64,000 nucleotides of DNA, from the NCBI GenBank assembly GCA_964106915.2, contig OZ066914.1, one strand, 5' to 3'. Below are positions 13,811 to 25,638 of the stretch, piece by piece (within the stretch, counting starts at the first letter, position 1; every line of letters starts with the position of its first letter). The stretch comes from Podarcis gaigeae. Lineage: Eukaryota. The position numbers were made by a program, and so were the translations under genes. The notes under the pieces were generated by a model, which was given only the letters and a program-made list of their open reading frames with translations, searched no databases and was not told the origin of the DNA.

Positions 13811-13957
13811 CAGTGGCGTAGCGTGGGTTGTCAGCACCCGGGGCAAGGCAAGTAATTTGCACCCCCTAACCCGTGGATTTGCGCCCCCTAACCCTAACCC
13901 CCAGATGTTGCGCCCGGTGCGGCCGGCCCCCCCTGCACCCCTCACGCTACGCCACTG
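13811..13957. mobile_element. GC-rich hAT-type MITE, copy 1
   Basis: 15-bp TIR CAGTGGCGTAGCGTG; perfect 8-bp TSD CAACAATG (13803-13810, 13958-13965). Confidence 0.92.
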
Positions 13958-16147
13958 CAACAATGGTTCTTTATTGGTGTGTTATTAGAGCTGCAGGCTT
14001 TCACTGGTCAATTAACCAGCTAAAGTAGCAGTGGGGAACCTTTGGCTTGCAAGACTACAACTCCCATCAGCCCCAGCCAGTGTGGCTAATTATTAGGGAT
14101 GATGGAAGCTGTACAACAGCATCTGAAAGGCCAAAAATTAAAGCTTTGGTTTATTGACCAGTTTGGGACACTTTTAATTGCTGGGGTAGAGAGTTAAAGG
14201 CACGTTTGCATATTTTGGAAGGTGTTTTGGCTCTGGTATGGAAATATGCTAAGGAAGGACAAAGACTCAAAGAGTTCTGACTTGTCTTTGTTCAATTGTG
14301 AGTTGCAACACAGTTCAGTACCTCAAAAAGGCACTAAACTGAAGTGTGGGAATATGCATGTTTATTTAAATTAGTTAAGCAATTCAGCAAATGATTGTTT
14401 AATTGGTTGATAAAGTATAAATTATTCCTTCAGTGACCCACCTTACAGGGTATAAATCCAGAAATATTTTTCAAGGTGGGGTCCTAAAGGGTAAAAGTCA
14501 CAGTTGTATTAATCTAAAGACATGCATCAAACAGAAAGCATGATCTAGTTTTCTATCTCATAAGTTGGCTCTTGAAACTGCACACTGACTCAGAAGTTAA
14601 TACCTATATGAGTAATAGTTAAAGTGCATTCTCTTAATTTTTCTTGCATGCCACTCACTGATGTGATAGTAATTTGTTAACTCCTCTTACATCTACTTTC
14701 CCAATCTGGTTTGCAGATTTTAGTAACAAAGTTATTCCTTGCCTTAGTTCCCTTTCTGATGGAATTGTAACACAACTACCTCTCATGAGGAAAACAGGTG
14801 TGTGTGTGTGTGTGTGTGTTTTAAAGCACTTTGCATAACAAAAGCCCGGTGCTTTTTAAGTGCCATGATATGCCAGGCATGTCAACACAGAGAGTACGAT
14901 TGCTGTTTAAAAAAAAAAACCAGAAAAGTTAAATAAAGGCCACTTCACAACATCATCTCTTGCCAAATGTCATTGGTAAACCTCAAGGTCACACTTCTGC
15001 GATTTTGCTCAAGCCTGTTCTTGACACTGTATCTTATTTACACCTTTAGAGGGTGGAAAGTTAGGCAGTTGCACTGTTCACACTTTTAAGTGACATTCTG
15101 AACCGTCTTCACTTCTCTCTGTTGTAGGAAGCTCAGGGTGGGGTTGTGCCATTTTACCTTCACCACAACAGTGTGGTGGACCATAAATGGAGCCAAGAAG
15201 GACCAACTGCCATTGGTTCTCCTTCAGACTGGTCTCCTGAGGATAAAATGGCATAACCCAGGGCTACCCAGTATTTTGCGCCCTCCACAGTGTAGTAAAC
15301 TGCAACTCCTGCCATCTCTGAGCAACCTGGCCCAATGACCAAGGATGATGGGAGTTGCAGTTGACAACATCTGGAGGGCACCCTGTTGGGTACCCCCGAC
15401 AGACCACACTCTGAGCTTCTTAAAATGGAGATAAGAAATGGAAGAAGCAGCATTGAGAGTGTCAACATCACCATGAGTATTTCCCATTTCTAATTCAGGG
15501 ATGAGGCACTTGTGGCCCTCCAGATATTGGACTACAACTCCTGTCAGCCAGCGATTAGGGGTAATGGGAGCTGTAGTTCAACAGCATTTGGAAAGCCACA
15601 GGATCTTCAACCCTGTTCTAGCTGAAGGTGCCAAATATCCTCTTCTCTTTTTTCTAGCTGTGAAACTCTTTCCTGCTTCTGTGAAACAAATAAAGCAACG
15701 GTGACCCTGCAACATATCAGTTCTACTAAGCAGGAGGCTACAATATCATTTAAGTGTCTTTACATTAAGCACCTTTAATTAGCTTTCTGATTGGGCACAC
15801 ATTGTGGTTTGTTCTCTTCGGCTTTTGAAAACAAACCTTGTTTCTCAATAATCTGTGCAACTATTACTCAATGTGTACCTCTCTTCATACTGAAGCCTGC
15901 AGAGAAGCCACAATAAACTTGCAACACAGACGTAACATCATGCACCAGAATGACTCCGCTGAGTCGATGACTTAGTGACTCAGCAATGAAAGTTCACTGC
16001 AGGACAAATGGGTAGGAACCATAATGAAATATAGCGGAATGGATCTGTGGTACTTGCAGCCAGGGGGAGTGGGGAATGGATAATCGCAACCCAGAAAGAG
16101 GATGGATTCCCTAGGAAATTCTTGTGTGTTGTGGTGGTTATAGTATT

Positions 16148-16298
16148 GGTAAAAAGGTAAAGGATCCCTGGATGGTTAAGTCCAGTCAAAGGCGGCTATG
16201 GGGTTGGGTCGCTCATCTCGCTTTCAGGCCTAGGGAGCTGGCGTTTGTCCACAGACAGCTTTTCGGGTCATGTGGCCAGCATGACTAAACCACTTCTG
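16148..16298 (-). mobile_element. Sauria SINE 3' fragment
   Basis: AAAGGT-type tail and body similar to the full copies at 37.6 kb and 39.6 kb. Confidence 0.75.
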
Positions 16299-16299
16299 A

Positions 16300-16435
16300 C
16301 AGTGTTGGCCAAACTTGGCCCTCCAGATGTTTTGTGACTACAATTCCCATCATCCCTCACCACTGGTCCTGTTAGTTAGGGATGATGGGAGTTGTAGTCC
16401 CAAAACTTCTGGAGGGCCAAGTTTGGTCATGCCTG
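16300..16435. mobile_element. Palindromic hAT MITE (same core as 5772-5907)
   Basis: Fold-back GACTACAATTCCCATCATCCC...GGGATGATGGGAGTTGTAGTC. Confidence 0.8.
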
Positions 16436-16984
16436 GACTAGGACATGAGATACCAGGGTTCAGAAATCTTAGCAGTGTGCACTATGTACCCTCAAAGCAC
16501 ATTGTTTCCTGCAAAGAATTCTGGGGAATGTAGTTCACCTCTCATAGTTACAATTCCCAGCAACCTTTAAATGGAATACAGTGCTCAGAATTATTTGAGA
16601 GGAAAGAGTGTGCTTTGAATGTGCTTTAAAAGTATAGTGTGTACAAGCCCTACTCAGCCATAAAGCTTGACGGGTGATTTTAGGTTACTCCCCCCTCACT
16701 AGGTGTTGTAAAGATAAAATTGGGAGGGGTAAACCATGTATAGCACCTTGAACTCCTTGGAGGAAAGCTGGAAAACAAATGTTAATGATGATGACGCCAC
16801 TAAACTTACCTGGGAATATCCATCTGTGCATGAATATGGCACCTTGTTTAATAAAGATTAAAAGCCAGACTCTCCCAAACTGTTAGTCAACCCCTCCTCA
16901 CAGTAGACCTTCCATTCAACTAATTAAACTAAATGTTTTAAAGAGGTTTCTATTGTATTTATTGTTTTGTTAGTTGATACCCTG

Positions 16985-17104
16985 GGCTATGGCCATACTA
17001 CCCTGAACATTCCCGATCTCGTCTGATTTTGGAAGCTAAGCAGGGTCAGACCTGGTTAATACTTGGATGGGAGACAGCCTGGGAATACCCGGTGCTGTAG
17101 GCTT
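16985..17104 (+). pseudogene. Full-length dispersed 5S rRNA pseudogene
   Basis: 120 nt colinear with vertebrate 5S (GGCCATAC..CCCGATCTCGTCTGAT..GGAAGCTAAGCAGGGTC..TGGATGGGAGAC..GGTGCTGTAGGCTT); about 13 substitutions versus the recalled human sequence; not in a tandem array. Confidence 0.92.
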
Positions 17105-17334
17105 GAGAACCAGTGTGGTGTAGTGGTTAAGAGTCTCGTAATCTTGGGAACCGGGTTCGCGTCTCCGCTCCTCCACATGCAGCTGCTGGGTGACCTTGGA
17201 CTAGTCACACTTCTCTGAAGTCTCTCAGCCTCACTCACCTCAGAGTGTTGTGGGGGAAGGAAGGGAAAGGAGATTGTTAGTCGCTTTGAGACTCCTTAAG
17301 GGGAGTGAAAGGTGGGATATCAAGTCCAAACTCT
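17105..17334 (+). mobile_element. tRNA-derived SINE (Squam3-like)
   Basis: A-box TGGTGTAGTGG, B-box GGTTCGCGTC; same family as 45005, 56317 and 59158. Family name is from recall. Confidence 0.8.
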
Positions 17335-17788
17335 CCTTAGGGAGGAAGGGAGATTTACCAGGCAGTTCCAGGTGCCTGGATACTGCGATTTTATTGGATT
17401 TGGCTTGTATTTTTGTTTTGATGCGGCTGCTTAATGATGTTGTGCTAAAGGAGGTTAAGATTGTAGAGAAGCTGAAAGAATTCTTTGCATCAGTCTCCAC
17501 AATAGAAGATACAGGGCAGATCCCAGTGACTGAACTAACTGCTGCAGGGAGTCTGAAGAACTGAGGCAGATGGTGGTGATGAGAGATGAAGTTCTGCATC
17601 TAATAAGAACTCACAAATTGTTGGGTCCAGGTGGCATCCACCTGAAAGTAGGAATATGTAACTTGTCCCTCAGACTGATGACTGGAAGTTAGTGAATGTA
17701 AAACCAATTTTTAAACAGAGACCCTGGAAATTACAGGCCAGTTAGCTTATCACCTATCCCAGGAAAACTGGTGAAAGGTATTGTTAAA

Positions 17789-18077
17789 GACTATGCTTTT
17801 GAAATATGGTACTGGAGGAGACTCTTGAGAGTCCCATGGACTGCAAGAAGATCAAACCTCTCCATTCTTAAGGAAATCAGCCCTGAGTGCTCACTGGAAG
17901 GACAGATCCTGAAGCCGAGGCTCCAATATTTTGGCCACCTCATGAGAAGAGAAGACTCCCTGGAAAAGACCCTGATGTTGGGAAAGATTGAGGGCACAAG
18001 GAGAAGGGGATGACAGAGGACGAAATGGGGATCACGAAGAGTCAGACATGACTAAACAACTAAACAACAACAACAAA
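17789..18077 (+). mobile_element. BovB (RTE LINE) 5'-truncated 3' end
   Basis: WRRLLRVPWTARRSNLSILKEISPECSLEGQILK..QYFGHLMRREDSLEKTLMLGKIEG; (CAA)n tail; TGTTAAA repeated on both sides. Confidence 0.92.
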
Positions 18078-18150
18078 TGTTAAACAACCTTGCTGAAGTA
18101 AGCTAGCATTGCTTCTTTGAGAGTAAGTCATGTGTCACAAACCTATTAGA

Positions 18151-18377
18151 TTAGGTGTTGGTCTGCCATAGTCAAAACAAAATTTAAAAATTCCTTCCAG
18201 CAGCACCTTAGAGACCAAAGAGAATAAAGTTTGTTATTGGTATTTAGAGAATAAAGTTTGTTATTAGTATGAGTTTTCATGTGCATGTATCTGAAGAAGT
18301 GTGCATGCACACGAAAACTCATACCAATAACAAACTTAGGTGGTCTCTAAGGTGCTACTGGAAGGAATTTTTTTAAT
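18151..18377. mobile_element. Penelope-like element terminal-repeat fragment with inverted duplication
   Basis: Inverted arms TTCCTTCCAGCAGCACCTTAGAGACC / GGTCTCTAAGGTGCTACTGGAAGGAA; flanking direct repeat CCTATTAGA; contains a hammerhead-like core. Confidence 0.7.
18287..18324 (+). ncRNA. Minimal hammerhead ribozyme motif, variant helix III
   Basis: GUAU-CUGAAGA-A-GUGUG(CAUG)CACAC-GAAA-AC-UC-AUAC: stem I, conserved core and stem II are present. Confidence 0.6.
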
Positions 18378-18683
18378 CCTATTAGAGTTCTCTGACAGTG
18401 TCAACAAGCTTCTATATATAGGTGATCCAGTTGACATAGCATATTTGGACTTTTAAAAAGCTTTTGACAAGTTACCTCACCAGAGACTCCTGAGTTAGCT
18501 TAGCAGTCATGAAATAAGAGAAGTCCTCTTGCAGATCAGGAAATGGTTAAATAGCAGGAAGCAGTGAGTAGGAACAAACAATCCTCTGAGTGGAGAAAGT
18601 GTTAGGGGTGGGCAATGAGGTGACCAGGTTTGCTGCCTATACTAAATTGTTTAGATGAACTAGGTGAGCAGAAATAATAATGA

Positions 18684-18734
<51 letters not shown>

Positions 18735-19516
18735 TTATTATTTATAGCCCGCCCATCTGGCTGGGTTTCCCCAGCCACTCTGGGCAGCTTCCAACAAAAT
18801 ATTAAAATACAGTAGTCCATCAAACATTAAAAGCTTCCCTAAACAGTGCTGCCTTCAGATGTCTTCTAAAAGTCAGATACAGTGCTCCCTCGGGTTAAGA
18901 ACTTAATTCGTTCCGGAGGTCCATTCTTAACCTGAAACTGTTCTTAACCTGAGGTACCACTTTAGCTAATGGGGCCTCCCGCTGCCGCCGTGCAATTTCT
19001 GTTCTCATACTGAAGCAAAGTTCTTAACCCAAGGTACTATTTCTGGGTTAGCGGAGTCTGTAACCTGAAGCGTCTGTAACCCGAGGTACCACTGTAGTTG
19101 TTTATTTTATTGACATCTGATGGGAGGGCGTTCCACAGGTGGGTGCCACCACCGAGAAAGCCCTCTGCCTGGTTCCCTGTAACTTGGCTTCTCACAGTGA
19201 GGGAACCGCCAGAAGGCCCTCGGCACTGGACCTCAGTGTCTGGGTAGAATGATGGGGATGAAGACGCTCCTTCAGGTATACTGGATCAAGGCTGTTTAGG
19301 GCTTTAAAGGTCAGCACGAACACTTTGAATTGTGCTCAGAAACGTACTGGGAGCCAATGTAGGTCTTTCAAGACTGGAGTTATGTGGTCTCGGCAGCCGC
19401 TCCCAGTCACCAGTCTAGCTGCCGCATTCTGGATTAGTTGTAGTTTCCAGGTCACCTTCAAAGGTAGCCCCAAGTAGAGTGCACTGCAGTAGTCCAAGTG
19501 AGAGATAACTAGAGCA
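18684..19516 (-). mobile_element. L2-type LINE 3' fragment with (AAT)n tail, split by a MITE
   Basis: Minus strand encodes an FKVFVLTFKALN-type L2 ORF2 C-terminus; related pieces near 23280-23665, 26550-26755 and 54190-54430. Confidence 0.75.
18880..19094. mobile_element. Tc1/mariner (Tigger-like) MITE nested in L2
   Basis: TA TSD; TIR consensus CAGTGGTACCTCGGGTTA. Confidence 0.88.
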
Positions 19517-20023
19517 GAAAGGTGTGTATCCCCTGCCCTCTAGTCTGGAGGTGATGTCATTAAGATATTTGTTTCTAAAGATCTAGATACCATGTCCATT
19601 TTCTTCAAAGATAGATATTGTAAGAGTAAATACCTGAGCTTTATGTTGTGTGCTCCCCACCCCCATACACATGAAGGGTGGGATGGGTGAGAAATAATCA
19701 ATCAATCAATCAGTTCTGAGTTGCACCATAATTGTCTAGCCTTAGGTGGCTATGCTGGTCCTTCCCCAACTGTGGCTCCACACCACCTGTGAGGTGACAA
19801 AAGGACATGGGGAGGCTGAGGGGAAGAGGCCCTCCCACTTTGACATCACTGGGCAGTGGGCTCTGTGTAGGTCTCCTGTTTGGGCCCTGAAATCTTAGGG
19901 TGTGGAGTGCTCCTGACCTGGCAACACTGCTGATAAGGAACTGCTAAGGATGGAGGAATTTTTCAGGATGGCTGATAATTTCAAAAGTTCCTTTCCACCT
20001 TTGCTCTCCTTAAGATTCTTGTA

Positions 20024-20248
20024 CAGTGTACCGCGGGTTACATACGCTTCAGGTTACAGACTCCGCTAACCCAGAAATAGTGCTTCAGGTTAAGAACTTT
20101 GATCCAGGATGAGAACAGAAATTGTACTCTGGCGGTGCGGCAGCAGCGGGAGGCCCCATTAGCTAAAGTGGTGCTTCAGGTTAAGAACAGTTTCAGGTAA
20201 AGAATGGACCTCTGGAACAAATTAAGTACTTAACCCAAGATACCACAG
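20024..20248. mobile_element. Tigger-like MITE
   Basis: TA flanks; same family as 18880, opposite orientation. Confidence 0.85.
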
Positions 20249-20529
20249 TATTTGCTTTTCATGTTGTTGTTATTTGATACATGGTGGTAAACTAACTAGC
20301 TAGCTAAATAAAATCACCCCCTGGCATCACTGAACAATGAAAACAACTATGCATTGTTATATTTTATTTTTTTAAAAAAATCTAAAGCATAGAATGTTTC
20401 ATTCAGAATTAACCCAGTATTCAGAGTACACACTCATAAAAAACCCCTTCAAGATCCAGCAGGTGGCGCACTGCTCTCACCAGAAGAAAAGCTGCTGTTT
20501 GCTCTCCGTGCCCATTTATAATTGCATTT

Positions 20530-20570
<41 letters not shown>

Positions 20571-20948
20571 CAAAGTAGAACTCTGATGCTATGAGGCCTA
20601 TCCTGGGACTCTCAGCTTTATTTATTCTCTTCAGAATAAATAGTTTACTCTGCTTAGGAAAGCATCTCAGTATGTATATAAACTGGCAGATGTACGAAAC
20701 GTTTTAAACAGCTGCAAGTTCTAGTTGACCTTACAGGTGATAAATTGTCTGTTTGAGCCTATACTGTAGTTAAGTGACCTGATGGTAAATTTTACTTTGT
20801 AATCATGTGTCTCTAATACAGTTTGTAAAGGCTGCTGTTGAAGTGGTGCAAATGTGCTTTAATATTTATGGTGTGGATGTGACCTTGGTTCTAGCTATCT
20901 TGGGAGAAGGAAGCTGTGTGAAGAAGTTGGAGCATATTGGGCCAGAAC

Positions 20949-21099
20949 CAGTGGCGTAGCGTGGGTTGTCAGCACCCGGGGCAAGGCAAGTAATTTGCAC
21001 CCCCTAACCCGTGGATTTGCGCCCCCTAACCCTAACCCCCAGATGTTGCGCCCGGTGCGGCCGGCCCCCCCCCCCGCACCCCTCCACGCTACGCCACTG
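20949..21099. mobile_element. GC-rich hAT-type MITE, copy 2
   Basis: Nearly identical to 13811-13957; perfect 8-bp TSD GCCAGAAC. Confidence 0.92.
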
Positions 21100-21844
21100 G
21101 CCAGAACACATGGAAAGGAGAGAGACCCGTTCGTTTCTTACCCCACTCCCCCTAATTGATGGGTGATAGAAGGGGGAGGCAGTAGTTAAAATAAAGAAGC
21201 GTCTACCTGCATCTCAGCCACAGCAAAGGTTTCTATCCTCACCTGCATGACAGGCAGATAACACACTGCAGAGTGCCTTCTCTAGGCGCTAACACAATAC
21301 ATTTCTCCTAAATGTTTAGGCATTCATTGAAATCTCCACCCACTGATTCTAACACGACAGAGAGGAAGTCCACTCCATTCTTCTGTGTTGACAGCTCTTG
21401 GTGGTGGCTGGTGACTAGTGGGGCAGAAAGCTAGTAGACTAACAGTAGGCAGAGCCAATGAAGGCAGGCAGGCAGGCAGGTAGGGAAAGGGATCTAACTG
21501 AAGGCAGACTGTGGTTGTGGGGCAGTGTCCCATTTGTCTTAATGTACCAGCCTCCGCTGACAGATAGTTGTCTCCTCCTTAACCTTGTCTTCCCCACCCC
21601 AGGCTAAATATATTTAGCTCTTTCAACTTTTCCTCTGAGGATTTGGTTCCTTCCTTCCTTCCTTCCTTCCTTCCTTCCTTCCTTCCTTCCTTCTTTTGCA
21701 TTTTCCAAAACAGGAACACAAAGCATAGTTAACCCCCCCATCCCCCTGTCCCACTTAGAACTTCGTACCAAATACAGCATGCATACATAAACCATATGAC
21801 TTCCCTTCCACCCCTTTCCTGGTTCCTTTGCTTTTCTACTACTC

Positions 21845-22069
21845 CAGGGGTCAGCAAACTTTTTTAGCAGGGGGCCGGACTATATTTTGAAAAAAATAAT
21901 AAAAATGAACAAATTCCTATGCCCCACAAATAACCCAGAGATGCAGTTTAAATAAAAGGACACATTCTACTCATGTAAAAACACACTGATTCTCAGACCC
22001 TCCACGGGCCGGATTGAGAAGGTGATTGGGCCGGATCCGGCCCCCGGGACTTAGTTTGCCTACTCCATG
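21845..22069. mobile_element. hAT-Charlie-type non-autonomous element
   Basis: Ends CAGGGGTCAGCAAACT ... GGCCGGATCCGGCCC..AGTTTGCCTACTCC. Confidence 0.65.
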
Positions 22070-22399
22070 TAATCCACATCTTTTTAATCTTTTTTAGGAT
22101 CTGGTTTCTAGACCGCTCACTATCCCATGACCATGCTCCAGTCAACATCCCTCTTAAAATTTGGTGCCCAAATAGACATGGTACTACAGATGCAGCATGA
22201 CCAGTGCAAAATAAGGTAAGAAATTTTATTTCTCCTATTCTTCAAACAATATGCAGAGATTTCTAGGCTTTAAAAAGCACCTAAGATTAGGACTTGGGGT
22301 GGGGGTGGGGAGAGAGAGGTGTCAGTGTTTTGTTTTTACTCAAAAAATAAAAAAATACCCCAAGGTCGAATGAGATATATATGACTTTAGGAAGACATA

Positions 22400-25300
22400 G
22401 TACATTTCGTAGGCATCGTGTTTTTATTCTTTAAAAGATGTTATGCTTCACAGAAACAATGGCAAAGAAGGATTAATATAGTAAAATTGCCACTTTACAA
22501 AAATACACTTTCAGAAAAATGTAGGTATTCAAAAATACAACATTCAAAACTCATTATTTACAACCAGAGGCAGCAGCAGTATTGAGCAATAAAAAAAATA
22601 AATATTTTACTTGTTACAGTATACACTAAGGTTAGACCAGGTACAAGTTTGAAGACTGACATCATCACTCAGTTCCATAACTATGTTTGAAGCTAGTCTC
22701 TTAATGAACATAAAAACATTCCTATTTCTATTTAAAAAAGCACAGCTTTTATGGAAACTTGTAGGTTTGAATCGCTACATATTCCCCACTCTGGAATGGC
22801 GCTATGCCCAACCATTAAGCATCTCCGAACTCTAAGAGTTGTGCTTTCTTCTGATATAGGCATCTTACCCAATACATTCAGGATCCTTCAAATTCAATTT
22901 ATTGCACTTCTGTCACATTCCATCAACAAAAAATAATAATACTCCTTTACTGGCAGAGCCATAAATTTGTGGCGCCTGCTAGCACAGAATATGTGTGTTC
23001 CTTTCAGAAAGGTTCATACAAAAGAAGATCACACAGCACAGACTTATACATAAAGTATTTCAAAACACAAATATGAAGCTTGTGGCAGCATCCAGTTAAA
23101 TATATTTTTTTCCCTGCAAGGCCGTTTATTTTTCACATTATAATTGCACAGTACAGGCAATAGGCATGGGGCTTCAATATAAGAAGATTTCAAACTATAC
23201 CAGTGATTCCTTAAAGAATGGGGGTGGGGGGGTTAAGAAGGAACATTCCTCACATATATATAGGCATCTCTCACTCAACTTGCAGCAACAGGAGGGTTGC
23301 TGCTAATTTTACAAAGTTAAGCAAATGGCAGGACAGCAGATAAGAGGGCGACAGGTTGATCCATAAAATGAATTTTAAGGATAGGCTCTGTGACTCACAA
23401 GTGCCATCAAAACGATGACTTAAGCGACCCTGCATGGCTTCCATCATATACAAAACCATAATAAAACATACAGAGCTGCCTTCAGATGTCTTCTAATGGT
23501 TGTATAGTTACTTCTCTCCTTCACATCTGATGGTAGGGCATTCCACAGGTGGGTGCCACTGCTGAGAAGGCCCTCTGCCTGGTTCCCTGTAACTTCACTT
23601 CTTGCAGTGAGGGAACCGCCAGAAGGCCCTCAGAGCTGGACCTCAGTGTCCAGCCTGAACAACAGACATCTAAAGACATAGCTCTTCTTTAAATATATAT
23701 ATTTAATAGTCTCATCACCCTCCCAGATTTGAAATTTTGAAAATATATACCCAAATTTTCATTATCTAATACCCATTGTTTTCTGACATCCTCCCTTCCA
23801 TTAACAATCACAGACATATTCTACAGCCGCATTCTAATTTTTGGCACCACATAGTACACAACCCAAGCTTATCCCAACAGCAGTGTTCCTTGGCTAAGTT
23901 TCTGGAATATGAAACTGGACACATGTAACAAAATGCCGTTTCCAACATTTAACTATAAATTTGCATTTGAAGCACTAAATAAATGGCCACTTTTAAGGCA
24001 ACATACAGTGAGAACTTTAAGTTTCACAGTATATGTGTTCGATTGAACGCCTCTCTTATTTGGTTAATAAAAGACAAACAAGAAACAAATTCTATACACA
24101 TTGCACCAACTAGTTTACAAAATTCTGTGGGAAATGCTTCAATGAATTTGGTCCAAGATTCTCTCTTGTTTGAAGGGTAACAGCACACGGTTTAGAACAT
24201 AGAAAGTGGCCTTGTATCAGGTTGGATCATTGGTCCACAAAGCTAAATATAATCCACACCAACTAACCGCAGCTTTCTATAGTCTTGGGACCAAACTACA
24301 GCTGTGCCTTCTAGTGAAGGGTTTTTGATAGAGATTTCCAGGGTGAAATGGAGGGAGCAGAGATCTGCATGGGAGGGCTAACATCCTTCCTATGGTTCCA
24401 ATCTAGATTGGGTCCCCTGCTGCTGTAATTTGCATAGGGGGAAAGTTCTTATTGAAGAAAACGAGTTATTCCCACCAAGCAAAACTGCAGGAATGGGTGG
24501 AGGCAATCCAAACTGGTACCACAGCAAGGAGTAAAGGGTTTAAATCCCCTTCCCCTTCTCTCTGCTCTACTAATTTCTGTAACACCACCACCACCACCAC
24601 TTAAATGCACAGCTACATAGCCACCACAACAGGTAGTGTGGCTGTTAGGGAAGGGTCTGTTATTTCACAAGGTGCTTGGCTGTAGCTGGATATGCTAGAG
24701 AAATATGCTTCCCTTCACAAACATTTTCTACAGTCACACAATGCTCGTAATGTACCTTAGCTTAGAACAGATATACTTAGCACATTTCGGTTTTCAGGAA
24801 TCCCTACCCAACATAGTAGCAATTCACTGAGAGACATTTGTCATGCCCTGGAAGGAGAGGGGGCTCATTGCTGCTCAAGGACCCTGCAGCAAGCCAGGAG
24901 GAACTTGAGAAGCTCGGTATCCCTGCAAGTGGGCATTAATGCTCCAGATCCCATGCAGATTTCCCAAGACATGCCTCTCTGGCCTGTAGTCACACTTGAA
25001 ATCCCATGAGGAAGAAAGCTCTAGGTCTATGTCATGTGAGGTCTTGTGGCTTAAGTCGCAGTTCTTTAGATGACCTGGAAAGCTATTCATCTTGTGAGAT
25101 TTACAGAAGGGAGGGGAGAAAGTGTGGCTCGAGCAGGCAATATATCTTAGCACAGAATAAATATGCAGAATATTACATTCAGGTTTCGCTTAGAATGCAA
25201 ACCTTAAATGCTCTAGTTTCTTCAGTTACTTTGCATACCATCTGCACAGACTACAAAAGTCCTAGGTGTGGTTGCATCCGGACCTTCTCCATGTTCTCTC

Positions 25301-25638
25301 AGTTGTGTCTTAGATGCATAAGGGCTTGCATGGCAGGCGCAGGGAGAGTGACGTCACACAGTGGAACATTGACCAGATCCGGTTTTCCAAAAAAGAGAGG
25401 GAGGAGGGTAACTTTTCATTAACCAGGCAAGGCAGTCTGTGGACATCATGAACCAACTGGAAATTAACCTTTGAACATACCAATGAAGTTAATTTCCAGT
25501 ATTCTGCTTTGGGCTCTTAAATACTGTGCTCCGCATCATGTGAGGTAGAGAGAGAAAGAAAACAAATGCAAAACTAACAAACCAACCAAAAACCAACAGA
25601 ATTTCCTCCCCTTTCCTCTTCTGTGGGGGTGTGCAAAT
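22400..25638 (-). other. Probable ACVR1C 3'UTR ending at an AATAAA signal (22423-22428)
   Basis: Follows the stop codon; AT-rich, repeat-poor distal block (~22420-23140) with AATAAA, U-rich downstream sequence, a Pumilio motif and miRNA seed matches. The end point is inferred. Confidence 0.5.

Larger units (their letters stand above)
17455..18670 (+). mobile_element. Degenerate CR1 LINE ORF2 fragment hosting nested insertions
   Basis: Decayed PGNYRPVSL and VDIAYLDF*KAFDK reverse-transcriptase motifs, interrupted by BovB and Penelope-derived inserts. Confidence 0.75.

Noticed and set aside
16985-17104. Functional 5S rRNA gene
   Set aside because: Solitary, many substitutions, an internal TTTT terminator and no downstream terminator.
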